This document shows, piece after piece, positions 37,330-47,647 of a stretch of DNA of 64,000 nucleotides (the first letter of the stretch is position 1; every line of letters starts with the position of its first letter). The notes beneath the pieces are model-generated. The model did not search any database. It worked only from the letters and a program-made list of their open reading frames with translations, and had not been told where the DNA came from. The translations under genes and the position numbers were made by a program. The stretch covers positions 266,025-330,024 of IMG/VR virus record IMGVR_UViG_3300042564_002819. One strand, written 5' to 3'.

Positions 37330-40300
37330 ATGAGATTAAGAAACCTTTTTGAAGTACAAGTGCAACCAGGTGAACGCAGAGGATTTTCGCTGCGGTTGAA
37401 GCGTCTTGAAGATTTGCAAGTAAAAATTGCAGAAATACAAAATACTATAAGCGAACTTGGTAATGTTAGCGTTCCAGAAAACTTAAAAAAACAAATGGAA
37501 GATCTTATCGATGCTGCTAAAATAGAAAAAGAAAAAATCTATGCAGAAGTATCTGACGCAGAAGTAAAAAATCCAAGAATTCAAGGAATACCTGGATCTG
37601 TCATGAAGTTACTTAGAGGCATAGAAAAAAATGCTTCAACTATAATGAACGCATACAGAAAAACTGGAAAATATCTCTATAGAGGAATCAAATCTTCCGA
37701 AGACGCACTTTATGGAAAACCTTTTGACATCAGAAAAGCCAAGGATAGTAATGTAGATTTAAGTAATGCATTAAATCAATCCTTAGCAGACCAAGGATTT
37801 AATGCTAGAAGAGACAACACTACTTTTACTTCTGGTTCTTATAATCAGGCTAGTAATTACGGTACTGTGTATATAATATTTCCTAGAGATGGGTTCTCAT
37901 TCCATTACAGTAAAAAGATAAGAGACCTTGTTTTAGATACCGGCAAGATTGATATGTTACTGGATCCCGAAATAACAGGTTATATCGAAAGTGCTATACG
38001 TTCTAACTGGAGCAATCTCAAAAACTATTTTTCTTATAAATTTAGTGGAGATAAATTCTTTACAGGTTATGAATATCAAAAAGATTTAGATGGGTTACAA
38101 CGTGCAGTAGCAGACGGTGTGCTTCCACAAGAATTTGCAAAATATAAGACTTTTTATGATCTAGTTGATCCTGCAAAAGTTATAGCTAATTTTCAATACA
38201 ATCAAACTGATCTCGACAGTGCTATAACTTCCGAACATGAAGTCATGATTACAGGACCGTATTATGCTGTTAAAACAGAGTCCTTTCAAGATTATATTGA
38301 CAAATATATTAAAATGACAGCAAATGGTGAATTTGATGTCACTCCAGATAACAAAAAAGAAAAAACTACTTTAAATCAAAAAATACAATCTATAGTAGGC
38401 GGTTCCGCGCCTGAGTTTGCAATAGGAGATTGGGTGCAGCATAAGTACGAAGGATTTAAAGGTGAAGTTGTTGACTATTACCATACCAATGACTTTGTTC
38501 AAATTAAAGATTATGCCGGAAAACTAAAATTAGTCAATAAGAAAAATATTGATAAAATTAAAACTCCTGAGATGCCCGACTACCAGCCCGGCGATAAAGT
38601 TTATCTAAGAACAAAAGACACAGAATGGGAATATTATAATAATAAAAAATACAAGGTAGTAGACTCTGATAAGTTTACCGTAACAGTTCAAAAAGGCAGT
38701 TACGACACCACAATTACATTACCTAAATTGTTAACCGAACCTGCTCCTAAATTTGATACCAAAGATCCAAGTGTAGGAGACACAGTTCATGTTACCAAGG
38801 GCGATTTTGAAAACATGTACGGAACTATTACATATGTTTCTAGTTACAGTAAAGATATTGATGTTGACTTCGGAGACAGCGATTCGCACACTGTTCAAAA
38901 AGGATCTTACGAAGTTATTGATCCTGCAACAAAACCTGCAGATGCAAACTCTATTGCATCAAAGTTTAAAGAAGGTGATTACGTTAGAATCTCTGACGAC
39001 GGGTTTGATTACAGTGGTCTTGTAGCGGTAATTAATAAACCTGGTTTATCAAAATCAAGAGTATATCCGTTCGGCGAAAAAAGTTATGCTTTAAGTATAA
39101 AAAATTCTAGATTAAAAGCTATTGATGAAGATGAATTTAAAAAACAATCGTTTAGCATAACAGATCAAGTAGTTGTATCTGGCGGCAAGCATGATGGAAA
39201 GAGTGGAAAACTTAATTATGTAAGCTTTGATGGAACTATGGAAATAGTTGTCAGTAGTGGTAACACCATAGAAGTACCCGGAAAATATGTTTTTAATCAA
39301 AACGTAAATGGTTCTCCTGAAAATAACGAGAATAAAGAAACAATTAAAAAAGGTGATTTTGTAAAAATCTCAGACGACTCGGACTTGTTCCCAGGTTCTG
39401 TAGCAAAAGTAGTTGTAAAGAATTCCGGCGAAAAATCTACAATATTAGTAAACAACGACAACAATCTCGATTATATTATTGATACAAAATATCTAACCAA
39501 GATTGATGAAAATGAATTTAACAATAAAAAGCTGTCAACCGGCGACGAAGTCAATGTCACAGACGGATATTATAAAGGAAAAACTGGAAAAATAAAATCG
39601 TTTGGGACTGATGGTCCTGTAAGAGTTGATATAACTTCGCCGTCCACAGGGGATACATTTACAATTAAGGTACTTCCACAATACTTGGAAAAAATAAATC
39701 AAAGCAGTGACGACTTAATTGATTTAATGGATCTTGAGTTTGAACCGATGGACGAGCCTACTGATTTTAAAAATAATGAAACTAAAAAATTTAAAGTCGG
39801 CGACAGCGTAAAAGTAATTAATGGTAAACACAAAGGAAAAACTGGAAAAATAAATTACCTATATACGTATACAAAAGAAGCGTATGTTGACTTCGACGGT
39901 GAATATCACGACATTGAGTTAAAAGACTTAGAGTTAGACAAAGAAGAATCAAAAACTGATAGCAATTTTAACAAAGACGAATTAAAAAAGCTAATCAGTC
40001 AAGGAAAAGAAAAAGGTTTTATAACCTATAATCAACTAAACGATGTAGTGCCTTCGGACAAAGTTACTTCTGAAGAAATTGAAGATATAATGGATATGTT
40101 AAATGAATTAGGAATCAATTTAGTTGATGCTGAAAAAGACTCGGCTCCATCAGGTGAAACTCCACAGGAATTACAAGCAAGAATAAACGATCCAGATACA
40201 AAAGCGTTCCTTAAACAAGCATTTGCAGATCCTGATGTAAAAGAACTAGTGAGTAATATAATCAAAAAGAAAATTATAACAACCGACGACATTGATAATA

Positions 40301-40389
40301 TATCTGTTCTAGTAGGATATGACAAGTATTTGTTTGGCATAAAACCATATATCGAACTTAAAGGCGTTGTATACCAACCTACTACTTGA
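37330..40389 (+). CDS. Multidomain protein: ADP-ribosyltransferase-like domain, about 8 KOW/SH3 repeats, sigma70 region-1.1-like domain
   Basis: LYRG..TFTS..YG..EHE; repeats such as FKVGDSVKVINGKHKGKTGKI; ELKKLISQGKEKGFITYNQLNDVVPSDKVTSEEIEDIMDMLNELGI. Confidence 0.7.
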   Translation: MRLRNLFEVQVQPGERRGFSLRLKRLEDLQVKIAEIQNTISELGNVSVPENLKKQMEDLIDAAKIEKEKIYAEVSDAEVKNPRIQGIPGSVMKLLRGIEKNASTIMNAYRKTGKYLYRGIKSSEDALYGKPFDIRKAKDSNVDLSNALNQSLADQGFNARRDNTTFTSGSYNQASNYGTVYIIFPRDGFSFHYSKKIRDLVLDTGKIDMLLDPEITGYIESAIRSNWSNLKNYFSYKFSGDKFFTGYEYQKDLDGLQRAVADGVLPQEFAKYKTFYDLVDPAKVIANFQYNQTDLDSAITSEHEVMITGPYYAVKTESFQDYIDKYIKMTANGEFDVTPDNKKEKTTLNQKIQSIVGGSAPEFAIGDWVQHKYEGFKGEVVDYYHTNDFVQIKDYAGKLKLVNKKNIDKIKTPEMPDYQPGDKVYLRTKDTEWEYYNNKKYKVVDSDKFTVTVQKGSYDTTITLPKLLTEPAPKFDTKDPSVGDTVHVTKGDFENMYGTITYVSSYSKDIDVDFGDSDSHTVQKGSYEVIDPATKPADANSIASKFKEGDYVRISDDGFDYSGLVAVINKPGLSKSRVYPFGEKSYALSIKNSRLKAIDEDEFKKQSFSITDQVVVSGGKHDGKSGKLNYVSFDGTMEIVVSSGNTIEVPGKYVFNQNVNGSPENNENKETIKKGDFVKISDDSDLFPGSVAKVVVKNSGEKSTILVNNDNNLDYIIDTKYLTKIDENEFNNKKLSTGDEVNVTDGYYKGKTGKIKSFGTDGPVRVDITSPSTGDTFTIKVLPQYLEKINQSSDDLIDLMDLEFEPMDEPTDFKNNETKKFKVGDSVKVINGKHKGKTGKINYLYTYTKEAYVDFDGEYHDIELKDLELDKEESKTDSNFNKDELKKLISQGKEKGFITYNQLNDVVPSDKVTSEEIEDIMDMLNELGINLVDAEKDSAPSGETPQELQARINDPDTKAFLKQAFADPDVKELVSNIIKKKIITTDDIDNISVLVGYDKYLFGIKPYIELKGVVYQPTT

Positions 40390-40422
40390 CATCTTTGATA
40401 AAAAGTGTATACTACAAACACT

Positions 40423-41316
40423 ATGAATCAAAAATTACAAGATCATTTAATCGGGTCACTTGTTGGCCTTGCCGTCGGTGATGCAGTAGGCACTACTGTT
40501 GAATTTAAACCGCGTGGCTCATTTCCTAAGATTGTTGACATGATCGGCGGCGGCCCTTTTAGATTGCCAGTAGGGTATTGGACAGATGATACATCTATGG
40601 CATTGTGCCTAGCAGAAAGTCTTATAGCATATCCACTGCTTGATAAAAAAGATTTGTTAACTCGTTTTTGTAACTGGTATAAGAATGGACATAATTCTTC
40701 TACCGGTCGTTGCTTTGACATTGGTAATACAACTGTCTCTGCACTAGAAGAATTTATTCACAGTGGTCAAACGAATAACAATCCTGAAGACTTTTATGCA
40801 GGTAATGGATCTATTATGCGATTGTCTCCTGTGGCAATTGCAAATTATAAAGACTTACACAAAGCAATTAAAATTGCACGTGAACAAAGTGAAACAACTC
40901 ATGAAACTATTAAAGCAACTGCTTCTTGTGAGTTGCTTGCAGAAATTTTAGTTAGAGCATACACTGCTGAAACTAAACAGCAAGTAATGGATATTGAATG
41001 TCCGTTACATTGGCCCGAACCTGTTTGCGATATTGTTGCATCTAGCGTTGTTAAAAAAACTGAAGCAGAAATTAAGTCTTCGGGTTACGTTATTGACACA
41101 TTAGAAGCAGCCGTCTGGGCATTTTTAAATACAGACAACTTTGAGGATGCAGTTTTAATAGCAGTTAATCTTGGACACGATGCTGATACAGTCGGTGCTG
41201 TAACAGGACAAATTGCCGGAGCATACTATGGAGAAACCGGAATTCCTAAACATTGGCTAGAAAAGCTTTATAACCATGAACACATCAGAAACCTTGCAAT
41301 CAAACTTTCCGAATAA
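40423..41316 (+). CDS. ADP-ribosylglycohydrolase (DraG/ARH family)
   Basis: GLAVGDAVG, WTDDTSMA, GNGSIMR, NLGHDADTVGAVTGQIAGA. Confidence 0.93.
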   Translation: MNQKLQDHLIGSLVGLAVGDAVGTTVEFKPRGSFPKIVDMIGGGPFRLPVGYWTDDTSMALCLAESLIAYPLLDKKDLLTRFCNWYKNGHNSSTGRCFDIGNTTVSALEEFIHSGQTNNNPEDFYAGNGSIMRLSPVAIANYKDLHKAIKIAREQSETTHETIKATASCELLAEILVRAYTAETKQQVMDIECPLHWPEPVCDIVASSVVKKTEAEIKSSGYVIDTLEAAVWAFLNTDNFEDAVLIAVNLGHDADTVGAVTGQIAGAYYGETGIPKHWLEKLYNHEHIRNLAIKLSE

Positions 41317-41797
41317 AGTAGTAGTTTTCTTAGACCTCGACGGTCCTATCATTGATCTTAAAACTTACAAGACCAACCCGATTGTGTCTTATTATAGAAC
41401 TGGTGGAAATTCAAAGGCTATCGAAAATCTTGTAAAGTTGTGCGACGAGTTTGGTCTTGAAATCGTCACTAATTCTATGCACAACTATTACCAGTTAGGA
41501 GATGATACTCTTCAGGACGATTTAGTATCCTGGGGTATTCCTGTAGATCTTTTTCACAGTGACTGGAGAACTATTTTTCCTAAAGTTAATTACAAGGAAA
41601 TAAAAAGCACTGTTCGGGGAATTGGTAGACTTTACGCTATTGAACAATGGATCAAAGAACATCCTGGGTATAACTGGATTTGTTTTGATGATCGAAAGTT
41701 TACAGAAGATCCGAGACTGATACATATTTCTAGAGAAAACGGAATCGACCAAGGATATTACGAGCAGGCAAGAAAAATTCTAAAAACACTTGCTTGA
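41276..41797 (+). CDS. HAD-superfamily protein (RNA-repair-like)
   Basis: VFLDLDGP, ICFDD; start uncertain. Confidence 0.7.
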   Translation: MNTSETLQSNFPNKVVVFLDLDGPIIDLKTYKTNPIVSYYRTGGNSKAIENLVKLCDEFGLEIVTNSMHNYYQLGDDTLQDDLVSWGIPVDLFHSDWRTIFPKVNYKEIKSTVRGIGRLYAIEQWIKEHPGYNWICFDDRKFTEDPRLIHISRENGIDQGYYEQARKILKTLA

Positions 41798-41843
41798 CAG
41801 CAGTGTCGATTCCTGTTACTTTGTTGCAAACATGGAGATCTAA

Positions 41844-42377
41844 ATGAGCGAACCCGTCTGCACTGTAATGGTTGGCTTGCCTGCTATGGGCAAGTCCACT
41901 CTTGTTAAAGGCATGTGGAAAGATGAAAGCACTTTCATCTACAGCACTGACGATCTTCTTGAGGCCGCTGCTAAAGAACTTGGCAGCACTTACAATGAAG
42001 TGTTTGAAACGCTAATCAAGTCAGTTACTGAGGCAGCAAACGGATCTCTCGATGTTGCCGTCAAGAACCGTCAAGACATCATCTGGGATCAAACCAACTT
42101 GGGTGCAGGCAAGCGTCGTAAAATTATTAATCGTATGCGTCAGGCAGGTTATCAAGTTCGTTGTGTTTGTATCGTTCCTCCTGAAGCAGGACACATCAGT
42201 AATCTCAAGGACTGGAAGTATCGTTTGGCTAACCGCCCTGGTAAAACTATTCCAGATGAGGTGTTGACAAACATGTATCGTTCGTTTACACTGCCTACAG
42301 TAGAGGAAGGGTTTGATATGATTACCTTCTATAACATGCACGGTGCCCTGTTGGGTGTTGACTATGGAGAAGAATAA
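41844..42377 (+). CDS. Polynucleotide kinase-like P-loop protein
   Basis: MVGLPAMGKST, YSTDD, IIWDQTN, PTVEEGFD. Confidence 0.85.
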   Translation: MSEPVCTVMVGLPAMGKSTLVKGMWKDESTFIYSTDDLLEAAAKELGSTYNEVFETLIKSVTEAANGSLDVAVKNRQDIIWDQTNLGAGKRRKIINRMRQAGYQVRCVCIVPPEAGHISNLKDWKYRLANRPGKTIPDEVLTNMYRSFTLPTVEEGFDMITFYNMHGALLGVDYGEE

Positions 42378-43534
42378 TGCACTACCGTTTTCCTGAGATC
42401 CGTCACATTAGTGATGTGCTTCCGCACATCGAAGGTCGTGAGGAATTTGTTGTAGCAGAGCGTGAAGGCTACACTGTGATCAACTACGTGGTTGCAATGG
42501 CCGACACCTTTGACATGACTGGAGCAGATGACTTGGGCGGTGCAATCCGTCGTGAATGTCGTGGCTTGATTTTTGACCGTGATGGTAACATCATGAGCCG
42601 TCCGTTTCACAAGTTCTTCAACATCAACGAGCGTGAAGAAACTCAAGCACATCGGTTGGATCTCAGTGTTTTGTTTGACCATGTGATCATGGAAAAGATG
42701 GATGGTTCGATGATCCGTCCTATCTTAGTCGATGGACACTTGCGTCTTGCTACCAAGATGGGTGTAACTGAAGTGGCCATGCAGGCCGAAACTTGGCTAG
42801 CTGCTCAGGACCCTATGTTGAAGAAGTGGATGGCTATCATGATGGCACAGGGTATTACTCCGATCTTCGAGTGGGTAAGCCCGTTCAATCAGATTGTGTT
42901 GGCGTATGAAACCGCTGATCTTGTGCTATTGGCACTGCGTAACAACATCACTGGCGAATACCTTGATGTCGGCGATCCAAAAGACGACAAACTGTGGACT
43001 GTGGTTCCGCAGTATGGTTCAGTAGAAGGCAACCTTGGTGACTATATTGCTCGTCAGCGTGGTGCAGAAGGTCGCGAAGGTGACATCATTCGCTTTGCGG
43101 ATGGGCATATGGTCAAGGTCAAGAACGACTGGTATGTGCGTATTCACAAGACTGTGGATCGCATCGTGTTCGACCGTAACATTGTTGCTCTTATCCTCAA
43201 CGAGGAAGTGGACGACGTGTTGCCGATGTTGCCGCAGGTTCAAGCAGATCGTGTTCGTGTATTCGAGCGTCGATTCGCCGAACGGCTTCACGCTGTGGTT
43301 GAAAACTACGAACGCTACTGGAACACTGTAGTAGCATCGGGTCTTGACCGCAAGCGTTATGCTCAAGAGTGGATGCCTACTATTAAGGGCAACGATCCGT
43401 TTGCTACTAACTACGTGTTTGGTCGCTTTGCTGGTCGAGATGGTCGTCAAATGATTCTTGATCATATCGAAAAGAGCATCACTACCAACGTTCGTTGGGA
43501 TGAATGTGCAGCGTGGATGGGGATGGGTCCGTGA
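42377..43534 (+). CDS. T4 Rnl1-like RNA ligase
   Basis: ECRGLIF, RPFHKFFN, EKMDGSMI, FEW, EG, VKVKNDWY. Confidence 0.92.
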   Translation: MHYRFPEIRHISDVLPHIEGREEFVVAEREGYTVINYVVAMADTFDMTGADDLGGAIRRECRGLIFDRDGNIMSRPFHKFFNINEREETQAHRLDLSVLFDHVIMEKMDGSMIRPILVDGHLRLATKMGVTEVAMQAETWLAAQDPMLKKWMAIMMAQGITPIFEWVSPFNQIVLAYETADLVLLALRNNITGEYLDVGDPKDDKLWTVVPQYGSVEGNLGDYIARQRGAEGREGDIIRFADGHMVKVKNDWYVRIHKTVDRIVFDRNIVALILNEEVDDVLPMLPQVQADRVRVFERRFAERLHAVVENYERYWNTVVASGLDRKRYAQEWMPTIKGNDPFATNYVFGRFAGRDGRQMILDHIEKSITTNVRWDECAAWMGMGP

Positions 43535-43773
43535 CCGATCCCCTCTTTTCTATCTGTAAACGTCTTCCTACAGACTACAGTGATTATGGCGGAGAGATCA
43601 AGCGTTGGGACTACGAAGGCGTAGACTATCCTGACTGTAGTTGTGGTTGTCGCTGGTTTTTGCCACTTGAAGGCGACTTAGGTTCTGACTGGGGTGTTTG
43701 CAGTAAATTAGATGGCCCAAGAGCAGGATTGCTAACTTTTGAACATCAAGCAGGAAAGGGCTGCTTTGAATAA
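43504..43773 (+). CDS. Small Cys-rich protein
   Basis: DCSCGCRWFLPL..DWGVC..RAGLLTFEH; start probably GTG 43531. Confidence 0.6.
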   Translation: MCSVDGDGSVTDPLFSICKRLPTDYSDYGGEIKRWDYEGVDYPDCSCGCRWFLPLEGDLGSDWGVCSKLDGPRAGLLTFEHQAGKGCFE

Positions 43774-43921
43774 CTATTATGAACTTTGACGAATGGTTTG
43801 AACAACACCGAGACATTTTAGCAGGTCTGCTACGCAATGATCAACTAGAAGCACTATGGATTGCGTGGTATGCTGGCTACCAAAAAGGTCTTGACGACAG
43901 AATTAAAATTGATAAAGAATT

Positions 43922-44296
43922 TTGGACACTAAAATGAAATACTGGTCACTGTTTTTAGACGACATTCGGTTTCCGGAAGATGTAAAATTCTTCTATGGCC
44001 CCTATGAGAATCTGCGTATTTGCCGCAGCATGGATGATGCTGTGTGGGCAGTCAAGCAGTATGGTTTGCCTACATTTATTAGTTTCGACCATGACCTTGC
44101 TGACGTTCACTACATCATCGGCGATGGCGAAAAGACTGGCTACACCTTTGCTAAATGGTTCTGTGATTATGTGATGGATAACGATTTGATTTTGCCTGTG
44201 GGCTTTGGATATCATGTTCACAGCATGAATCCAGTTGGTGCTGTGAACATTAGAACTTACATGGAAAACTTTTTAAAGGCATATGACCGTGACTAA
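43922..44296 (+). CDS. Cyclic-phosphate-processing receiver-like domain protein
   Basis: LFLDDIR, ISFDHDL, KTGY, VHSMNPVG. Confidence 0.75.
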   Translation: MDTKMKYWSLFLDDIRFPEDVKFFYGPYENLRICRSMDDAVWAVKQYGLPTFISFDHDLADVHYIIGDGEKTGYTFAKWFCDYVMDNDLILPVGFGYHVHSMNPVGAVNIRTYMENFLKAYDRD

Positions 44297-44516
44297 TGAA
44301 GAACGCTGGGCCAAACTGCTCGAACCTTGTAAGTGTGAACCACGATACACTATTGAACCGCACGGTACGGGTTATGCGTTGTATCACGGTCGTTGCGTTC
44401 ACCGTCACGGATACAATTTGGTTTATTTGAATGAACCTGCTGCTAACTGTGATCTAAAACACATTGAACGCTTGCTTAATGTAGGCGATGCATTTGTCAA
44501 GGAAGGCTTGTTATGA
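44283..44516 (+). CDS. Hypothetical protein
   Basis: ORF chain. Confidence 0.55.
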   Translation: MTVTNEERWAKLLEPCKCEPRYTIEPHGTGYALYHGRCVHRHGYNLVYLNEPAANCDLKHIERLLNVGDAFVKEGLL

Positions 44517-44953
44517 ACTACGCAGAAAATCCAATTACAGATTTAGCAGACTGCATCGCTCACGCTCAGTATGTGGGCTTCTCAGACATTGAATACGAAC
44601 GAATGGACTACGATGCTGTTCGCAATGCTAGAACCGCCGAAGAAAAGCGAGCAAGCATGAGTGCTACAGTAAAAGCACTTCGTCGTCCAACTACACGAGA
44701 CTTTGGGGTCTATGCAATGTTTCCGCAAACTTGGGGCAGCACTGCTCTAGGACACGGCGGAATGGGCGGAGCAGCCATGACTAAAGCATATACTGTTGTG
44801 TTGGAATGTTATGCCACGCAGGAGTTTTTGGTTTACTTTGGCAGTGAGTTCTGTTATAAAGTAGATAGACGCAGCAAGAATCTTGATGTGTTTATCGAAG
44901 ACTGTCGTAACCACTGCTTGGCAAGCAAACGAGATAGCGAGAAATATCAATGA
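44513..44953 (+). CDS. Hypothetical protein
   Basis: FPQTWGSTALGHGGMGG motif. Confidence 0.7.
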   Translation: MNYAENPITDLADCIAHAQYVGFSDIEYERMDYDAVRNARTAEEKRASMSATVKALRRPTTRDFGVYAMFPQTWGSTALGHGGMGGAAMTKAYTVVLECYATQEFLVYFGSEFCYKVDRRSKNLDVFIEDCRNHCLASKRDSEKYQ

Positions 44954-45315
44954 TCGACTTTGAGAATCTAAATTTTGGTGATCGAATATATGTCGTTTCT
45001 GAAAGAAACAATGCGTTTACCAAAAAGAAAATTGAAAAGACAGACGAAAACGGAATCACTTGGTTTCGTTATGACAGAGATCACTGGGAGTATTCAATCA
45101 GCGAAATTGTATACTGCGGTAAAGTAACATATGTAGAAGAAGGCGAAGTTCGTTTTAGCGAAGACCGTTTAACTGAATATCACTTTCTGTATCCAGATGG
45201 TCAAATCTATCACGAAAATGAACCTGGATACAACGATGATTTTGATGACTGGTTTCTTACCAAAGAAGAAGCAGAAGCATACATAGACTTTAAAAAACAA
45301 ACAAAAAATTCTTAA
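44950..45315 (+). CDS. Hypothetical protein
   Basis: ATGA overlap. Confidence 0.6.
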   Translation: MIDFENLNFGDRIYVVSERNNAFTKKKIEKTDENGITWFRYDRDHWEYSISEIVYCGKVTYVEEGEVRFSEDRLTEYHFLYPDGQIYHENEPGYNDDFDDWFLTKEEAEAYIDFKKQTKNS

Positions 45316-45862
45316 GGCAAGTTAGGAAAGTAAAGGCTATATACGACACAGTTTAGCCGTGAGGTCACCTTGAGCCCGCAATGCGGTCGGATCTGGTGGT
45401 GTTCCTGGCGTGGTTCTTGCACGCCTTGTAGTCCGTTATCGTGGCTCCTTGACCGGAGCGAATGAGTAGGCTCTCCTGACACTTGGATCCTACAGACGAC
45501 GAGACAGTTGGTCATATTATTGTCTCGTGAGTCCGCGTTGTAATTAAGCACAAAATAAAAAGGTACAGCACAACCGCCTTTCCCTTACCAAGTAGGTTTT
45601 TGAATATGACTGTGATGAAAGAACTCAGATAGAGTCTTTTTTGCCTTAGCCTGTAAGAAGGCTAAGTGTGAATCCAAATCTAGATAGAATCTCTCATAAA
45701 AAACAATATGTTAAGTATTGAATGAGACAAGTGTCGAAATGAAAAACTTAACTGATCAACGTTAGTTGATCACACTACGATAATTCAAAATAGATTTAAG
45801 GTGAATTATGACTTGACAGAACACCGGTTGAGTTGTATGTTGAACTATAGAGGAGAAGATTT

Positions 45863-46108
45863 ATGATCAATAAAGAACCTAAGCAATACCTTTGGGTCAA
45901 GCAGGGCCGTGCTCCGATTTTTGTTACAGATTTAGTAGCACTATACAAGGATCACGACTTTGATCCTGCTGAGGATAAGATTTACGAAATTGGTCCAGAA
46001 GTTAAACTGGAACTGAATGTCAAAGTAACACCTGCTAAGCCTGTGTATCGTGATAACACTACTGATAGTGTCACAGGCTATCGTGTGCCTTTTGAAAATA
46101 GGGACTAA
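45863..46108 (+). CDS. Hypothetical protein
   Basis: SD GAGGAG; TTGACA upstream. Confidence 0.65.
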   Translation: MINKEPKQYLWVKQGRAPIFVTDLVALYKDHDFDPAEDKIYEIGPEVKLELNVKVTPAKPVYRDNTTDSVTGYRVPFENRD

Positions 46109-46110
46109 CA

Positions 46111-46461
46111 ATGTCCTGTAAAGTATTTCTGTTCGACGACAATAACTGGCTCTACTGTAGTGATGTAACTTTTGAAGATGGTGTATATCACGGTTGGGTA
46201 GAAAACGGTGCTTGGCATCTGATGTATGACACCAAACTGGAAGGATGGTTTGCTTGTGAGAGTAGAGCCGCAGCAAACAGTCTTGTAGCAGTTACCAAAG
46301 GTTATAAAAAACTCGTTTGGGCTTGTGATCCTGGAAAAGGTGGTGATTATAACACTGTTATTGCGGACGCACAAGAACGCTATGCTGCGGGCGAACCTGC
46401 CGACTTTGAACTCAAACCCAAACCTGTGCGTAAAGATAAAGAAGATGAGGTGGCATTCTAA
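46111..46461 (+). CDS. Hypothetical protein
   Basis: ORF chain. Confidence 0.6.
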   Translation: MSCKVFLFDDNNWLYCSDVTFEDGVYHGWVENGAWHLMYDTKLEGWFACESRAAANSLVAVTKGYKKLVWACDPGKGGDYNTVIADAQERYAAGEPADFELKPKPVRKDKEDEVAF

Positions 46462-46838
46462 TGGGAATCAATGTTCACGTGTATAGTTATTGGGGTGTTC
46501 GCACTGAGTGGAACCGAGAGTTCTACGATGCTTATGAGGCTGTAGAAGAAGCCAACATCGATACCTATGGCTACAACAAAGAACCCGCAGACGCTCAAGC
46601 ACACGTTCTCATGGACGGTATGAGCGGTGAGTATATGGTGTTTGGAGAACGTCTGTATGACTCCGGTGACAGCCGTTGGGGCGAAATGGTCAATTCAAAC
46701 GAAGTCGACATCAGTCATAATGTGCTGGATCAAATGCGTTGGGACTATATGTCAAAGTTTAAACGACTGTATCCTGAACACTTTGAATGGCTTAACTCAA
46801 AGCCATGGCGTTTGGTAAATTTGGTACACTACTCGTGA
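46461..46838 (+). CDS. Hypothetical protein
   Basis: TAATG overlap; SD GAGGT. Confidence 0.65.
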   Translation: MGINVHVYSYWGVRTEWNREFYDAYEAVEEANIDTYGYNKEPADAQAHVLMDGMSGEYMVFGERLYDSGDSRWGEMVNSNEVDISHNVLDQMRWDYMSKFKRLYPEHFEWLNSKPWRLVNLVHYS

Positions 46839-47155
46839 CACGCTACGTTGAATACTACGAAGTAAAAACACGTGGCGGGTATGAATACTATTTTATGCCT
46901 GTTGATGCAGATGCTAAAAACAAAGAAAACCTTGATATTCACTGTCACAGGATTTGGAAGTTCGACACTAAGACTAATCGTATTCAAGAAATACGCAATA
47001 TTCGAGAGCACAAGCCTCAAGTAAATCGTGCAGAGTTTATGAAAATACAACTAATGGCAAAACCTGTGCCATATAATGAATACTACCTTAGATTAGAAGA
47101 AGTGAAACGACGTCGTGAACAGCGTGAAGCCGAAAAATCCTCTACTGAGGATTAA
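46805..47155 (+). CDS. Hypothetical protein
   Basis: ORF chain; start possibly GTG 46835. Confidence 0.55.
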   Translation: MAFGKFGTLLVTRYVEYYEVKTRGGYEYYFMPVDADAKNKENLDIHCHRIWKFDTKTNRIQEIRNIREHKPQVNRAEFMKIQLMAKPVPYNEYYLRLEEVKRRREQREAEKSSTED

Positions 47156-47546
47156 GTATAGATTCCTTGAGTGGCGTTGGGACAAGGTTCTTAAGAAAAG
47201 TGGTCACACTCACTGGGAAAGTTATCTGCGTTATAACGATCCTGACTTCGATATCCGCGGCCGCACAGTAAAAGATCAATTTTGTGGTTACCCTTACGTA
47301 GTAATAGTCAACTACAAACATTTAGAAGCTAGAGTTGATGCTATGTGGGGAGAAATATGGAACGGCAGCACGGTAGAGGATTGGTGTAAACAATATTGTA
47401 AGGGCAAGTATCGTTGGCATTGGGAGCGTGTTATTATGGATCACAACGGACAATATCTACCCAATGGTATCGGCGACACAGACGAACTGTTCTTTGGATT
47501 TAAAGACGAAAGAGATTATACAATGTTTTTGTTGAGGTGGAGTTAA
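47115..47546 (+). CDS. Hypothetical protein
   Basis: C-terminal FKDERDYTMFLLRWS. Confidence 0.65.
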   Translation: MNSVKPKNPLLRIKYRFLEWRWDKVLKKSGHTHWESYLRYNDPDFDIRGRTVKDQFCGYPYVVIVNYKHLEARVDAMWGEIWNGSTVEDWCKQYCKGKYRWHWERVIMDHNGQYLPNGIGDTDELFFGFKDERDYTMFLLRWS

Positions 47547-47647
47547 TGGTAAGTTGGGCAGATGATTATGTAGATAATATTCTTGACAACTGTTGGGAAG
47601 GCAATTATACTAGCAGATACAAGAAAGAAAATCAAAAGGCAAAGAAA

